A stretch of 64,000 nt of DNA from Candidatus Versatilivorator sp. (GTDB taxonomy: Bacteria > Acidobacteriota > Terriglobia > Versatilivoradales > Versatilivoraceae): the NCBI GenBank assembly GCA_965207735.1, contig OZ242296.1:4000001-4064000 (forward strand), read 5' to 3'. Below the pieces are notes generated by a model. The model worked only from the letters and a program-made list of their open reading frames with translations, was not told the DNA's origin and ran no database searches. Positions 18,632-28,291 of this stretch are shown here, piece by piece. A program made the translations under genes and the position numbers. Position 1 is the first letter of the stretch; the number at the start of each line of letters is the position of its first letter.

Positions 18632-21171
18632 CAGGCCCCCCGGCGCCTGCGGAGGAAACAGCAGGCCACCACCTCCTCCGCCGCCGCCACATTAGAAGGC
18701 AGCGTCGCGCCCAGCGCCACCGTGAACGTCTCGTCGTCCGTGTCCGCGTCCTGCGCCGTCGTGATCGTGCCCGTGCCCATCGTCGAGCCGCTGCTGATCG
18801 TGATGCTGGTCAGCGCCCCGAAGTCGCCCTCCTCCGCCGTCCCCGCCGTCAGCGTCAGAGGGATATCGATGTTGCTCGAAAGCGCCGCCGACAGCGCCGC
18901 CGTCACCGTCACCGACGAGCCCTCATCCACCGGGTTCGGAGCGGCTGAGAGCGTGAGAGTAATCGGTGTGACTCTCACTTGGCGGAAATAGTCGTCGGAG
19001 ACCGCTGCATGGGTCAGCACGGCCGCGGTATTGCTCGAATCGCCCTTGAACGTGATGGTTCCGCCGTTGAGGGAGATCGCGTTCGCAGGAATCGAGATGC
19101 CGTTGGTGTCCGAGTCCGCTGCCACGGTGTATGCGAAGACTGCCCTCAAGCCCCCTCGGGTGAGCCGCTGGAATCGGGCCTGCCTGGTGTTGGCGCCGAT
19201 GGTCAGTCCGAGTTGCGGCGTGCCGCTCACGCTCACCGCCCGGCTGAAGAGGGCGATGGCAATGATCGTCTCGCCCCTGTCGTAGGCGGCGCCGTCCTCC
19301 GGCCTGTTCACGAAGCCGACTCCCGTCACCTCCGGAGTCACGACGGCGGCGGCGCCGTTCACCTTGCGGGTCGAGCCGCCGGCAACCGCGCCGTGGGTGA
19401 GCGTGGGGGCGGCCGAGTCGCACCTGCGGGTGATGGTTCCGCCGTTGAGCGACAGGGCGTCGGCCGGGATGTCGACCCCGTCGGCGTCGGTGTCGGATGG
19501 CTGCACGATGTAAGCGAAGAGGACGTAGTAGGCGAAGGAAGGGTGGACGTACACGAAGTCGGCCTGCCTGGTGTTGGCGCCGACGGTCAGCGCGAGTTGC
19601 GGCGTGCCGCTCACCTCGACGGGGTCTTCGAAAATAGCCCACATATAGATCGGCTCGCCCAGGGAATAGGTTGCGCCATCGTCCGGCATGTCGGCGGCGA
19701 ACGCGGCGGTGGCCAATTCGTTGGGGGAGGCCATGGAGCCGTCGACCTTGTAGTCGGCGTAGGCGGACCGGGCGGCATGGGTGATGGTGGCATGGAGGGC
19801 CGGAACGTCCCGGCGGACGATGCTGCCGCCGTTCAGAGAAATCGCGTTCGCAGGGAACGAGATGCCGTCGGTGTCCGAGTCCGCCGCCATCACGTCGTAA
19901 TAGAAAAACATAGTAGTCGCTTCGGCGGAGAGGGCCTGGAAGCTGGCTTGCCGCATGACGCCGCCGACGTCGAGTTGCACCGTCGGGGAGCCGGTCACCA
20001 CCACCGGGTACCTGAAGGAGACACTCACAGTCGCGGCGTCGCACCTTTTAAGGACGCTGCCGGGCGGTGGGTTGTTTACATTGAGGGCGGGAGCACCGGC
20101 CTGCAGAGCGAGGACGGTGCTGGCATCCACTTTGTGGTTCGCACTGTCGGCCACCTCAGCGTGAGTCAGGGACGCCGAGGTGCCGGTGTCCACATCGTGG
20201 GTGATCGTCCCGCCGTTGAGCTCGAGCGCGTTCGCAGAGATCGAGATGCCGTCGGTGTCCGAGTCCGAGGCCTGCACCGTGTAGGAGAAGAGCATAAACG
20301 GTTGAGCGGCTAAACTCGTCACGAGGGATGAAAAGTTCGCGTACCGGGTTTGGCTGCCGACGGTCAGGGCCAAGCGCGGCCGGCCGGTCACGGCGATGGT
20401 CCGGCTGAAGTCCACCCTCACTTCGACGCTCTCATACTGTATGTAGGTTCCGTCGCCGCTCTCGGGCAAACCACTGAATGAAACCTGCAGAATCTCCGGC
20501 TGGGGCGACGTCGAGCCGTCGACCTTGAAGTTGGCGCCGTCAGCGAGTGCAGCGTGCGTCAGCGCGGCGTTCACCGACGGGTCGGCCTGGGCCGTAATGG
20601 AGCCGCCGTTGAGATCGAGCGCGTTGGCCGCGATGCTGTAGCCGTCCGTGTCGCTGTCGCTTGCCTGCACGGTATAGGAGAAAATGGCACCCGTGCGCTG
20701 CGACTCCAATTGATCGAAGACGGCGTAGCGGGTGTCGGCGCCGATGGTCAACGCCATGCGCGGCTGTCCCCGCACGCTCACCGTCTGGTCGAATTCGACG
20801 ATCAGAAAGATCCGGTCGCCCAGATAGTACGTATCGCCGGTGCCGAACTGCGGAAGGAAGCTGCTGCGGACGATTTTGGTGATCGCGGGCGCCGAGACTT
20901 GCGCCGCGGCGGGGAGGGCGGCGAGCAGGAACAGCGCGCCGGCTAGAAGCGCACCGGCGCGGCGAACGGGCCGAGCGCGCCCAGCAGCAGCGCCAGAGCT
21001 GGGAGGAGACGGAGGGAGCCGCCGTGAGACCGCAGGAAACCCGTGGAAGGCGCCGGGCGCGGGCGCCTCACGACGCGCCCCCTCGGCCAAGAATGCAGTG
21101 TCCGGGAGTGGTGGGCATGTCAAGTCCTTTTTTGATTTATTTGGAGCCGTGTCGGCACCGGGTTCCCGCAT
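18631..21171 (-). CDS. N-terminal half of adhesin copy 2 (signal peptide, 5 Ig-like repeats, Calx-beta-like), frameshifted by a 112-bp deletion at the poly-Gly linker
   Basis: Lacks positions 867-978 of copy 1 and ends in out-of-frame AAAEEVVACCFLRRRRGA*. Confidence 0.8.
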   Translation of the reverse strand: MREPGADTAPNKSKKDLTCPPLPDTAFLAEGARREAPAPGAFHGFPAVSRRLPPSPPSSGAAAGRARPVRRAGALLAGALFLLAALPAAAQVSAPAITKIVRSSFLPQFGTGDTYYLGDRIFLIVEFDQTVSVRGQPRMALTIGADTRYAVFDQLESQRTGAIFSYTVQASDSDTDGYSIAANALDLNGGSITAQADPSVNAALTHAALADGANFKVDGSTSPQPEILQVSFSGLPESGDGTYIQYESVEVRVDFSRTIAVTGRPRLALTVGSQTRYANFSSLVTSLAAQPFMLFSYTVQASDSDTDGISISANALELNGGTITHDVDTGTSASLTHAEVADSANHKVDASTVLALQAGAPALNVNNPPPGSVLKRCDAATVSVSFRYPVVVTGSPTVQLDVGGVMRQASFQALSAEATTMFFYYDVMAADSDTDGISFPANAISLNGGSIVRRDVPALHATITHAARSAYADYKVDGSMASPNELATAAFAADMPDDGATYSLGEPIYMWAIFEDPVEVSGTPQLALTVGANTRQADFVYVHPSFAYYVLFAYIVQPSDTDADGVDIPADALSLNGGTITRRCDSAAPTLTHGAVAGGSTRKVNGAAAVVTPEVTGVGFVNRPEDGAAYDRGETIIAIALFSRAVSVSGTPQLGLTIGANTRQARFQRLTRGGLRAVFAYTVAADSDTNGISIPANAISLNGGTITFKGDSSNTAAVLTHAAVSDDYFRQVRVTPITLTLSAAPNPVDEGSSVTVTAALSAALSSNIDIPLTLTAGTAEEGDFGALTSITISSGSTMGTGTITTAQDADTDDETFTVALGATLPSNVAAAEEVVACCFLRRRRGA

Positions 21172-21283
21172 GATGGCCATCCTCCTCAGTAAACGGCGGG
21201 GGCTGTGCGAACACATTAGCGACCGATCGGGACACCGGCCGTGAGACTGGCAGTTTTCAAGACCACTGAAAGAGTAGGTCCAG

Positions 21284-24200
21284 CTAGTGCACTGCCGGCG
21301 TCAAGATCCGGATCAGGTGATTGCCCGAATCAGCGATGAAGAGGTTGCCCGCACCGCCCACCGCCACGCCAACGGGTCGGTCAAGTCGGGCTGCGGTCGC
21401 TGGGCCGCCGTCCCCGCTGAACCCACTCGTTCCCGTGCCCGCCACGGTGGTGATCACCCCCGAGGTGTCCACCTTGCGGATCTGGTTGTTGCCCCAATCG
21501 GCGATGAAGAGGTTGCCGGCGCCGTCCACCGCCACGCCTCTGGGGAAGGCCAGCCGAGCCGCGGCCGCCGGGCCACCGTCCCCGCTGAACCCAAACCTTC
21601 CCGTGCCCGCCACGGTGGTGATGACCCCCGCCGTGTCCACCTTGCGGATCCGCTGGTTGCTCGTATCGGCGATGAAGAGGTTGCCCGCACCGTCCACCGC
21701 CACGCCTTCGGGAACGGCCAGCCCGGCCGCCGGCGCCGGGCCGCCGTCCCCGCTGAACCCCCTCTCTCCCGTGCCCGCAACGGTAGTGATGACCCCCGCC
21801 ATGTCCACCTTGCGGATCCGCTGGTTGCTCGTATCGGCGATGAAGAGGTTACCGGCGCCGTCCACCGCCACGCCTCCGGGGAAGGCCAGCCGAGCCGCCG
21901 TCGCCGGGCCGCCGTCCCCGCTGAACCCGTACCCTCCCGTGCCCGCCACGGTGGTGATCACCCCCGAGGTGTCCACCTTGCGGATCCGCTGGTTGCTCGT
22001 ATCGGCGATGAAGAGGTTGCCCGCACCGTCCACCGCCACGTCAGAGGGGCTGCGCAGCCGGGCCGCCGGCGCCGGGCCGCCGGCGCCGCTGAACCCCCTC
22101 TCTCCCGTGCCCGCAACGGTGGTGATGACCCCCGCCGTGTCCACCTTGCGGATCCGACCGGCGCCCCAATCGGCGATAAACAGGTTGCCGGCGCCGTCCA
22201 CCGTCACGTCAGAGGGGCTGTCTAGCCGGGCCTTGGTCGCCGGACCGCCGTCGCCGCGCTCTCCCGCGCCCGCGACGGTGGTGATCACCCCCGAGGTGTC
22301 CACCTTGCGGATCCGACGGTTGCCCGAATCGGCGATGAAGAGGTTGCCCGCACCGTCCACCGCCACGTCAGAGGGCCGGTCTAGATAGGCATCGGCCGCC
22401 GGGCCGCCATCCCCGCTGAACCCAAACCTTCCCGTGCCCGCCACGGTAGTGATGACCCCTGCCGAGTCCACCTTGCGGATCTGCTGGTTGCCCCAATCGG
22501 CGATGAAGAGGTTGCCCGCACCGTCCACCGTCACGTCAGAGGGCCGGTCTAGATAGGCATCGGCCGCCGGGCCACCGTCCCCGCTACCCCCCCCCATTCC
22601 CGTGCCCGCAACGGTGGTGATGACCCCCGCTGTGTCCACCCTGCGGATCCGGTAGTTGTGGGAATCGGCGATGAAGAGGTTGCCCGCGCCGTCCACCGCC
22701 ACGCCTTCGGGGAAGGCCAGCCGAGCCGCGGCCGCCGGGCCACCGTCCCCGCTGAACCCAAACCTTCCCGTGCCCGCAACGGTGGTGATGACCCCCGCCG
22801 TGTCCACCTTGCGGATCCGGTAGTTGTCGGAATCGGCGATAAAGAGGTTGCCGGCGCCGTCCACCGCCACGCCTCTGGGCAAGGCCAGCCGAGCCAAGGT
22901 CGCCGGGCCGCCGTCCCCGCTGCCCCTCCCCGTTCCCGTGCCCGCCACGGTGGTGATGACCCCCGCCGTGTCCACCTTGCGGATCCGGTAGTTGTCGGAA
23001 TCGGCGATAAAGAGGTTGCCGGCGCCGTCCACCGCCACGCCTCTGGGCAAGGCCAGCCGAGCCAAGGTCGCCGGGCCGCCGTCCCCGCTGAACCCCCTCT
23101 CTCCCGTGCCCGCCACGGTGGTGATGACTCCTGCCGTGTCCACCTTCTGGATCCGCTGGTTGAGCCAATCGGCGATGAAGAGGTTGCCGGCACCGTCCAC
23201 CGCCACGCCTTCGGGGCCCCTTAGCCAAGCCGCGGTCGCGGGGCTGTTATCCCCAACATCCCGAGTACCGGCGAACGTGTCGATTCTCCAGCCGCTGGCG
23301 GCTTCCGCGCCGCCGGCCGTGACCACTACCCGCCGGCCCCTGGAACAGTTGTTGGCGGTCCGGCTCTCCCCGCTGACCGCGTCCACGCAGGCGCCGTAGT
23401 AGTAGGTTCCCGCACTCGCCGGGGCCGTCAACCGGATCGACTCTTCCGTCAGGCCCGATGGGGCAAGGGCGCCCAGCGCGTCCGTCCCCACCGAGGTATC
23501 GCCGCTCGTTATGGTCGCGTCCGTCGAACGGTAGTAGCGCAGCGTCGTGGCCGGGGAGGCCCCCTCCCCGACGTTGCGCACTCCCGCCGCCAGCGAGAAC
23601 GACCCTCCCGGAGGAGTGCCGGAAGGGTTCGTAAAGACGGTGAACGAGTAGACGGTCAGGTCCGGATCGCCGCCGGAACGAGTGTCTGGGGGGGTGACAG
23701 TTTCCGCCGGCGGCAAGGAGGAGAATACCGGATCGGCTTCGAAGTTCAGCGACAGGGTCACGATGGGCTCGGTGGAGGTAATCTCGACCGATCCGTTAAA
23801 GCCGCTGAGCGCAAACAGGGGTGCCATGTTTTGCGCACCATGCCCGTTGGGCGACAGGCTTCTATCGACGCTGGCCAGCGCCTGCCCTGCCGAGTCCTTG
23901 GCCGTAAAGGTAATTTGGGCCGCCGTGTCGGATGGGTTGGCATAGGCCAATCCGGTCCCAAACCGACCTTCTCCCTGCTCGGCAAAGGTGACGAAGCGGG
24001 TTGCCGGAAGTCCCGCCGCGTTGACTCCGGCTTCTCCCGTGGGCACTCCCCCTTCAAACCGGCGAAACAGCAGGCTGGCCTTTACCGGCCCCGAGCAGCT
24101 GGCCCGCGCCCAGCCGGGCGCCAGCGGTGCGCTCAGCTCCACATCGGTCTCCTCATGAACCGACCCTCCGGGCGGCAGAACGTCGGTCCGGCTCTCCACC

Positions 24201-25507
24201 GTTCCCAGTCCCGCAAATGACACCATCAGCGGACTCCCCTGATCGGAAAGGAAATCAGTCTGGCAGATCACCTCCTCGGCCGAGTAGTTGATATAGGTGA
24301 GGGTGGTTTGCCATCCCGCTCCCACGGCAAGGTGGGGGAAGTAATAGGTAGTCGTTCCCTCGGCGGCAGCATCCAGTTCCCCCGGCGGCAAGGAGGAGAA
24401 CACCGGATTGGCTTCGAAGTTCAGCGACAGAGTGACGATGGGTTCGGCGGAGGTGATTTCCAGCGATCCGCTAAACCGGCTGAGACCGAACAGTCCCGCC
24501 ATATTGTGCGCACCATGCCCGTTGGGCAACAGGTTCCGCTCGACGCTGGCCAGTACCTGCCCCGCCGAGTCCTTGGCCGTAAAGGTGACGAGGGCCGCCG
24601 TGTCGGATGGGTTGGCGTAGGCCACTCCGGTCCCCAACCGGCCTTCTCCCTGCTCGGCAAAGGTGACGAAGCGGGTGGCTGGAACGGTCGCCGCATTGAC
24701 TCCGCCTTCCGCCACGGGCGCCCCTTGGCTGTTGTGGCGGCGAAACAGCAGGCTGGCCTTCACCGGCCCCGAACAGGTGGCCCGCGCCCAGCCGGGCGCC
24801 AGCGGTGCGCTCAGCTCCACGTTGGTCTCCTCATGAACCGACCCTCCGGGCGGCAGAACGTCGGTCCGGCTGTCCACCGTTCCCCGATCCGCAAACGAGA
24901 CCATCAGCGGACTTCCCTGATCGGAAAGGAAATCCGTCTGGCAGCTCACCTCCTCGGAGGAGTAGTTGATATAGGTGAGGGTGGTTTGCCATCCCGCTCC
25001 CACGGCAAGGTGAGGGAAGTAATAGGTCTGCTCTTCCGTCTGTGGGGGCGGCTGAACCGCACTCGATTCAACCAACTCGAAGCTGCCCCTACAGACCACC
25101 AGACCGAACACCGCCGCTGTGAACGTGCCCCTCGTCTGCGAGCTGAAGGTCAAATCAGACACAAAGGGAATCGGAAGGTCATCAACCGTTGTCGTGAGGG
25201 TTCCCGTGATTGCGCCGGTTTCCTCGTATTCGTAGTCGCCCTCCACATCCACGGTTTGCGTTCTGTCACCTATTTCAATGACTCCCCTTGTCGCGAATCG
25301 GCCTGGTCCGATGAAGCTGATGGGTTCAACCCCATCGCCTTCGTTGCAATCCGGGGCGTCAAATTGCAAGGTCCACCCCGTGAACCGTTGCTCGAATTCC
25401 TCTTGACTCTGTGGCGCAAGCTGAGCAAGCGCTACACCTGGACAGACTACGATCAACAGCGCGGTGAAGCTCCAAAGGATTCCCTTGTTTAAAGACCGTA
25501 AAGACAC
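21284..25507 (-). CDS. Exported NHL-repeat beta-propeller protein, copy 2 (12 NHL repeats)
   Basis: GAGGAG + GTG at 25507; same architecture as 3727-7794. Confidence 0.9.
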   Translation of the reverse strand: MSLRSLNKGILWSFTALLIVVCPGVALAQLAPQSQEEFEQRFTGWTLQFDAPDCNEGDGVEPISFIGPGRFATRGVIEIGDRTQTVDVEGDYEYEETGAITGTLTTTVDDLPIPFVSDLTFSSQTRGTFTAAVFGLVVCRGSFELVESSAVQPPPQTEEQTYYFPHLAVGAGWQTTLTYINYSSEEVSCQTDFLSDQGSPLMVSFADRGTVDSRTDVLPPGGSVHEETNVELSAPLAPGWARATCSGPVKASLLFRRHNSQGAPVAEGGVNAATVPATRFVTFAEQGEGRLGTGVAYANPSDTAALVTFTAKDSAGQVLASVERNLLPNGHGAHNMAGLFGLSRFSGSLEITSAEPIVTLSLNFEANPVFSSLPPGELDAAAEGTTTYYFPHLAVGAGWQTTLTYINYSAEEVICQTDFLSDQGSPLMVSFAGLGTVESRTDVLPPGGSVHEETDVELSAPLAPGWARASCSGPVKASLLFRRFEGGVPTGEAGVNAAGLPATRFVTFAEQGEGRFGTGLAYANPSDTAAQITFTAKDSAGQALASVDRSLSPNGHGAQNMAPLFALSGFNGSVEITSTEPIVTLSLNFEADPVFSSLPPAETVTPPDTRSGGDPDLTVYSFTVFTNPSGTPPGGSFSLAAGVRNVGEGASPATTLRYYRSTDATITSGDTSVGTDALGALAPSGLTEESIRLTAPASAGTYYYGACVDAVSGESRTANNCSRGRRVVVTAGGAEAASGWRIDTFAGTRDVGDNSPATAAWLRGPEGVAVDGAGNLFIADWLNQRIQKVDTAGVITTVAGTGERGFSGDGGPATLARLALPRGVAVDGAGNLFIADSDNYRIRKVDTAGVITTVAGTGTGRGSGDGGPATLARLALPRGVAVDGAGNLFIADSDNYRIRKVDTAGVITTVAGTGRFGFSGDGGPAAAARLAFPEGVAVDGAGNLFIADSHNYRIRRVDTAGVITTVAGTGMGGGSGDGGPAADAYLDRPSDVTVDGAGNLFIADWGNQQIRKVDSAGVITTVAGTGRFGFSGDGGPAADAYLDRPSDVAVDGAGNLFIADSGNRRIRKVDTSGVITTVAGAGERGDGGPATKARLDSPSDVTVDGAGNLFIADWGAGRIRKVDTAGVITTVAGTGERGFSGAGGPAPAARLRSPSDVAVDGAGNLFIADTSNQRIRKVDTSGVITTVAGTGGYGFSGDGGPATAARLAFPGGVAVDGAGNLFIADTSNQRIRKVDMAGVITTVAGTGERGFSGDGGPAPAAGLAVPEGVAVDGAGNLFIADTSNQRIRKVDTAGVITTVAGTGRFGFSGDGGPAAAARLAFPRGVAVDGAGNLFIADWGNNQIRKVDTSGVITTVAGTGTSGFSGDGGPATAARLDRPVGVAVGGAGNLFIADSGNHLIRILTPAVH
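21287..23293 (-). repeat. Tandem ~168-bp NHL repeat array (12 units)
   Basis: Counted in the ORF translation. Confidence 0.9.
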
Positions 25508-25875
25508 TGTGTTGCTCCTCGCTATTTGACCCTCGGATCCGGTCCGGGTGTCCCGTCCCAAGGACCGTCGTGACGCACCGCACGCTACTCCATGACAAAG
25601 GGGGGCTGTGTTGGGTTGGCCATTCTCCACTCTTGCTTCAGGTGACAGGATCGAAGACTTTGCTTAGCTTTCAGACCTCTGTACTCTATAAAACCAATGT
25701 GAATCCAAGGCGACCATATGAGTTGTTAGGTGAATAACATGCGAATTCATTTCCCATTACTGCTAGAATCGACTCGGTTGCGCCTTGGAGGTACTCGCAT
25801 CCGGCTCTTCCATCGAGCCGAGACCGGCCGACAACCAACTGGTCTTACTCCGAGGCCCAACGAAAGGGGGATGAC

Positions 25876-28233
25876 TTGAAGAGTCGCGACGAACTGAGAC
25901 GAGAGAACGAGAGGCTTCGGGAACGCATCTCCGAACTGAGCGCGGCCAGTCTGCGCATCAGCGCCAGCCTCGATCTCGACACTGTCTTGGGCGAGGTGGT
26001 GGAAAGCGCCCGCTCTCTGACCGGCGCCGGCTATGGTGGGATCGTGACCAGCGGCGAGTCGGGACGAGCCTTCGACTTCGTCTCTTCCGGACTGACCACC
26101 GAAGAGCACCGCCAGTTGCTGGAGTGGGCCGAGGGGCCGCGGCCGTGCCAACACGTCCGCGACCTTGAAGGCACGCTGACAATGAAGGACCTGCACGGTT
26201 ACATCCGGGCCCTGGGCTTTTCCCCGCACGCGGTGGTGCCGAAGACCGTGCAGGCGACGGCGCTTCGACACCGGGGTGTGCACCTCGGCAACTTCTTTCT
26301 GGCCGGGAAGGCCGGAGGAGCGGAGTTCACCAAAGAGGACGAGGAGGTGCTGTTGTTGTTCGCGGCGCAGGCAGCCACGGCCATCGCCAACGCGCGCACC
26401 TATCGTGACGAGCATCGGTCCCGGACCGACCTGGAGGCCCTGGTCGACACCTCGCCGGTGGGGGTGGTGGTCTTCGATGCACGGACCGGGAAACCGGTGT
26501 TATTCAATCGGGAGGCGAGGCGAATTGTCGAGGGACTGGTCCTGCCGGGACACTCGGCGGAGCAGTTGCTGGAGGTGGCGACGTGCCGGCGTGCCGACGG
26601 ACGGGAGATCTCATTGGAAGAGTCTCCCCTGACGCAAGTGCTGAGCACTGCGACAACGGTGCGGGCCGAGGAGATCGTGCTCGAGGTTCCCGACGGTCGG
26701 AGTGTCAACATGCTGGTCAACGTCACTCCGATCCATTCCGAGGATGGCGTGGTCGAGTCAGTGATCGTTACCCTGCAGGACATGGCGCCGCTGGAGGAGA
26801 TGGAGCGGTCGCGGTCCGAGTTTCTGAGCCTGGTGAGCCACGAACTGCGGGTGCCGCTGAGCTCTATCAAGGGCTTGGCCGCCACTGTCAAGGAAGCCTC
26901 TCCCGATCCGGATCCGGGCGAGATGGCGCAGTTTTTCCGCATCATCGAACAACAGGCCGATCACATGCGGGGCCTGATCAGCGACCTGCTGGACGCGGGC
27001 CGTATCGAGGCCGGCACTCTGTCGGTCACGCCGGAGGCGGCACCGGTGGCCGCCCTGGTGGACCAGGCCAGGAGCACCTTCCTGAGTGGGGGCGGCCGTC
27101 ATGCCATCCTGATCGATCTGCCGCCGGACCTGCCCCGGGTGCTGGCTGACCGGCGCCGCATCGTCCAGGTCCTCAACAACCTCTTCTCCAATGCCTCGAG
27201 GCACTCTCCCGCGACACTGCCCATCCGGGTCTCAGCCGTGCGGGACGGACTTCACCTGGCCATCTCGGTCTCCGACCAAGGCCGGGGCATACCGCCGGAG
27301 CAGTTGCCACACCTGTTCCGCAAGTACGCCCGTGTCGGAGACAGCGAAGGCGGCATCAGCGGCTCTGGCCTGGGGCTGGCCATCTGCAAGGGACTGGTCG
27401 AAGCCCATGGAGGCCGTATCCGGGCCGAGAGCGGCGGAGCCGGCCTGGGCGCGCGGTTCACCTTCACGATTCCGGTGGCCGAGGAGACTCCTCTCCGCGC
27501 CGCTGCCGGCATAGCCAGCAGCTCCTCGCGATCGCCTCGGGGAAAACAGGAGGGAACGCCCATCCTGGTGGTGGACGACGACCCGTTGACGCTCCGCCTG
27601 GTTCGGAGCGCTCTCTCGGCCGAGGGCTACGAACCGCTTGTGACGGGAGACCCGCGGGAGGTGCCTTATCTGATCAAGACCCGGAAGCCACAACTGGTCC
27701 TGCTGGACCTGGTGCTGCCCGGGACCGATGGCATCGAGTTGATGGAGAGCCTTCCGGAGATGGCCGATCTGCCGGTCATCTTCATCTCGGGCTATGGAAG
27801 GGACGAGACGATTGTAAAGGCCCTGCGGAGGGGAGCCACCGATTACATCGTCAAGCCCTTCTCGCCGACCGAACTGGCGGCCAGAGTGCACGCGGCTCTA
27901 CGAAGACGCACTGAGCCGTCGGAGCCCTTCAGGCTGGGGGACCTGGCCATCGACTACGAGAGTCGCCGAGTCACGCTGGCCGGCCGGCGGGTGGAACTGA
28001 CCGCCACCGAATACGAGCTGCTCCGCGTGCTTTCAGTCAACGCCGGACGGGTCGTGACCCACGATTCCCTGCTGCGCCAAGTGTGGTCCCGGCGGGAATC
28101 CGGCAACACCCGGCTGGTGAGCGCCTTTGTGAAGCGTCTTCGCCACAAGCTGGGCGATGACGCCACCCACCCCTCCTACATCTTTACCGAACGCCAAGTC
28201 GGCTACCGCATGGCCAGAGAGGACGACCGGTGA
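25876..28233 (+). CDS. Cytoplasmic hybrid sensor kinase/response regulator (GAF-PAS-HisKA-HATPase-REC-OmpR winged helix)
   Basis: SHELRVPL H-box; QVLNNLFSNA; DQGRGI; GSGLGLAI; VVDDD...LLDLVLPGTDG; DYIVKPF; LTATEYELL...GYR. Confidence 0.9.
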   Translation: MKSRDELRRENERLRERISELSAASLRISASLDLDTVLGEVVESARSLTGAGYGGIVTSGESGRAFDFVSSGLTTEEHRQLLEWAEGPRPCQHVRDLEGTLTMKDLHGYIRALGFSPHAVVPKTVQATALRHRGVHLGNFFLAGKAGGAEFTKEDEEVLLLFAAQAATAIANARTYRDEHRSRTDLEALVDTSPVGVVVFDARTGKPVLFNREARRIVEGLVLPGHSAEQLLEVATCRRADGREISLEESPLTQVLSTATTVRAEEIVLEVPDGRSVNMLVNVTPIHSEDGVVESVIVTLQDMAPLEEMERSRSEFLSLVSHELRVPLSSIKGLAATVKEASPDPDPGEMAQFFRIIEQQADHMRGLISDLLDAGRIEAGTLSVTPEAAPVAALVDQARSTFLSGGGRHAILIDLPPDLPRVLADRRRIVQVLNNLFSNASRHSPATLPIRVSAVRDGLHLAISVSDQGRGIPPEQLPHLFRKYARVGDSEGGISGSGLGLAICKGLVEAHGGRIRAESGGAGLGARFTFTIPVAEETPLRAAAGIASSSSRSPRGKQEGTPILVVDDDPLTLRLVRSALSAEGYEPLVTGDPREVPYLIKTRKPQLVLLDLVLPGTDGIELMESLPEMADLPVIFISGYGRDETIVKALRRGATDYIVKPFSPTELAARVHAALRRRTEPSEPFRLGDLAIDYESRRVTLAGRRVELTATEYELLRVLSVNAGRVVTHDSLLRQVWSRRESGNTRLVSAFVKRLRHKLGDDATHPSYIFTERQVGYRMAREDDR

Positions 28234-28291
28234 GGGCTCCCTCCGCTTCGGGTCGAACGGCCAGCGAACGAGGCCTCTTACTCGGATTATC

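Larger units (their letters stand above)
17820..26164. repeat. Segmental duplication, copy B (matches 1-8450)
   Basis: Near-identical to copy A apart from two deletions, the NHL array and scattered substitutions. Confidence 0.9.

Noticed and set aside
3727-23293. Diversity-generating retroelement as the cause of NHL variation
   Set aside because: No reverse transcriptase or template/variable repeat pair in the window, and changes are not confined to adenines.
1-26164. Duplication as pure misassembly
   Set aside because: Copies differ by defined deletions, scattered substitutions and wholly different repeat arrays, although this cannot be fully excluded without reads.
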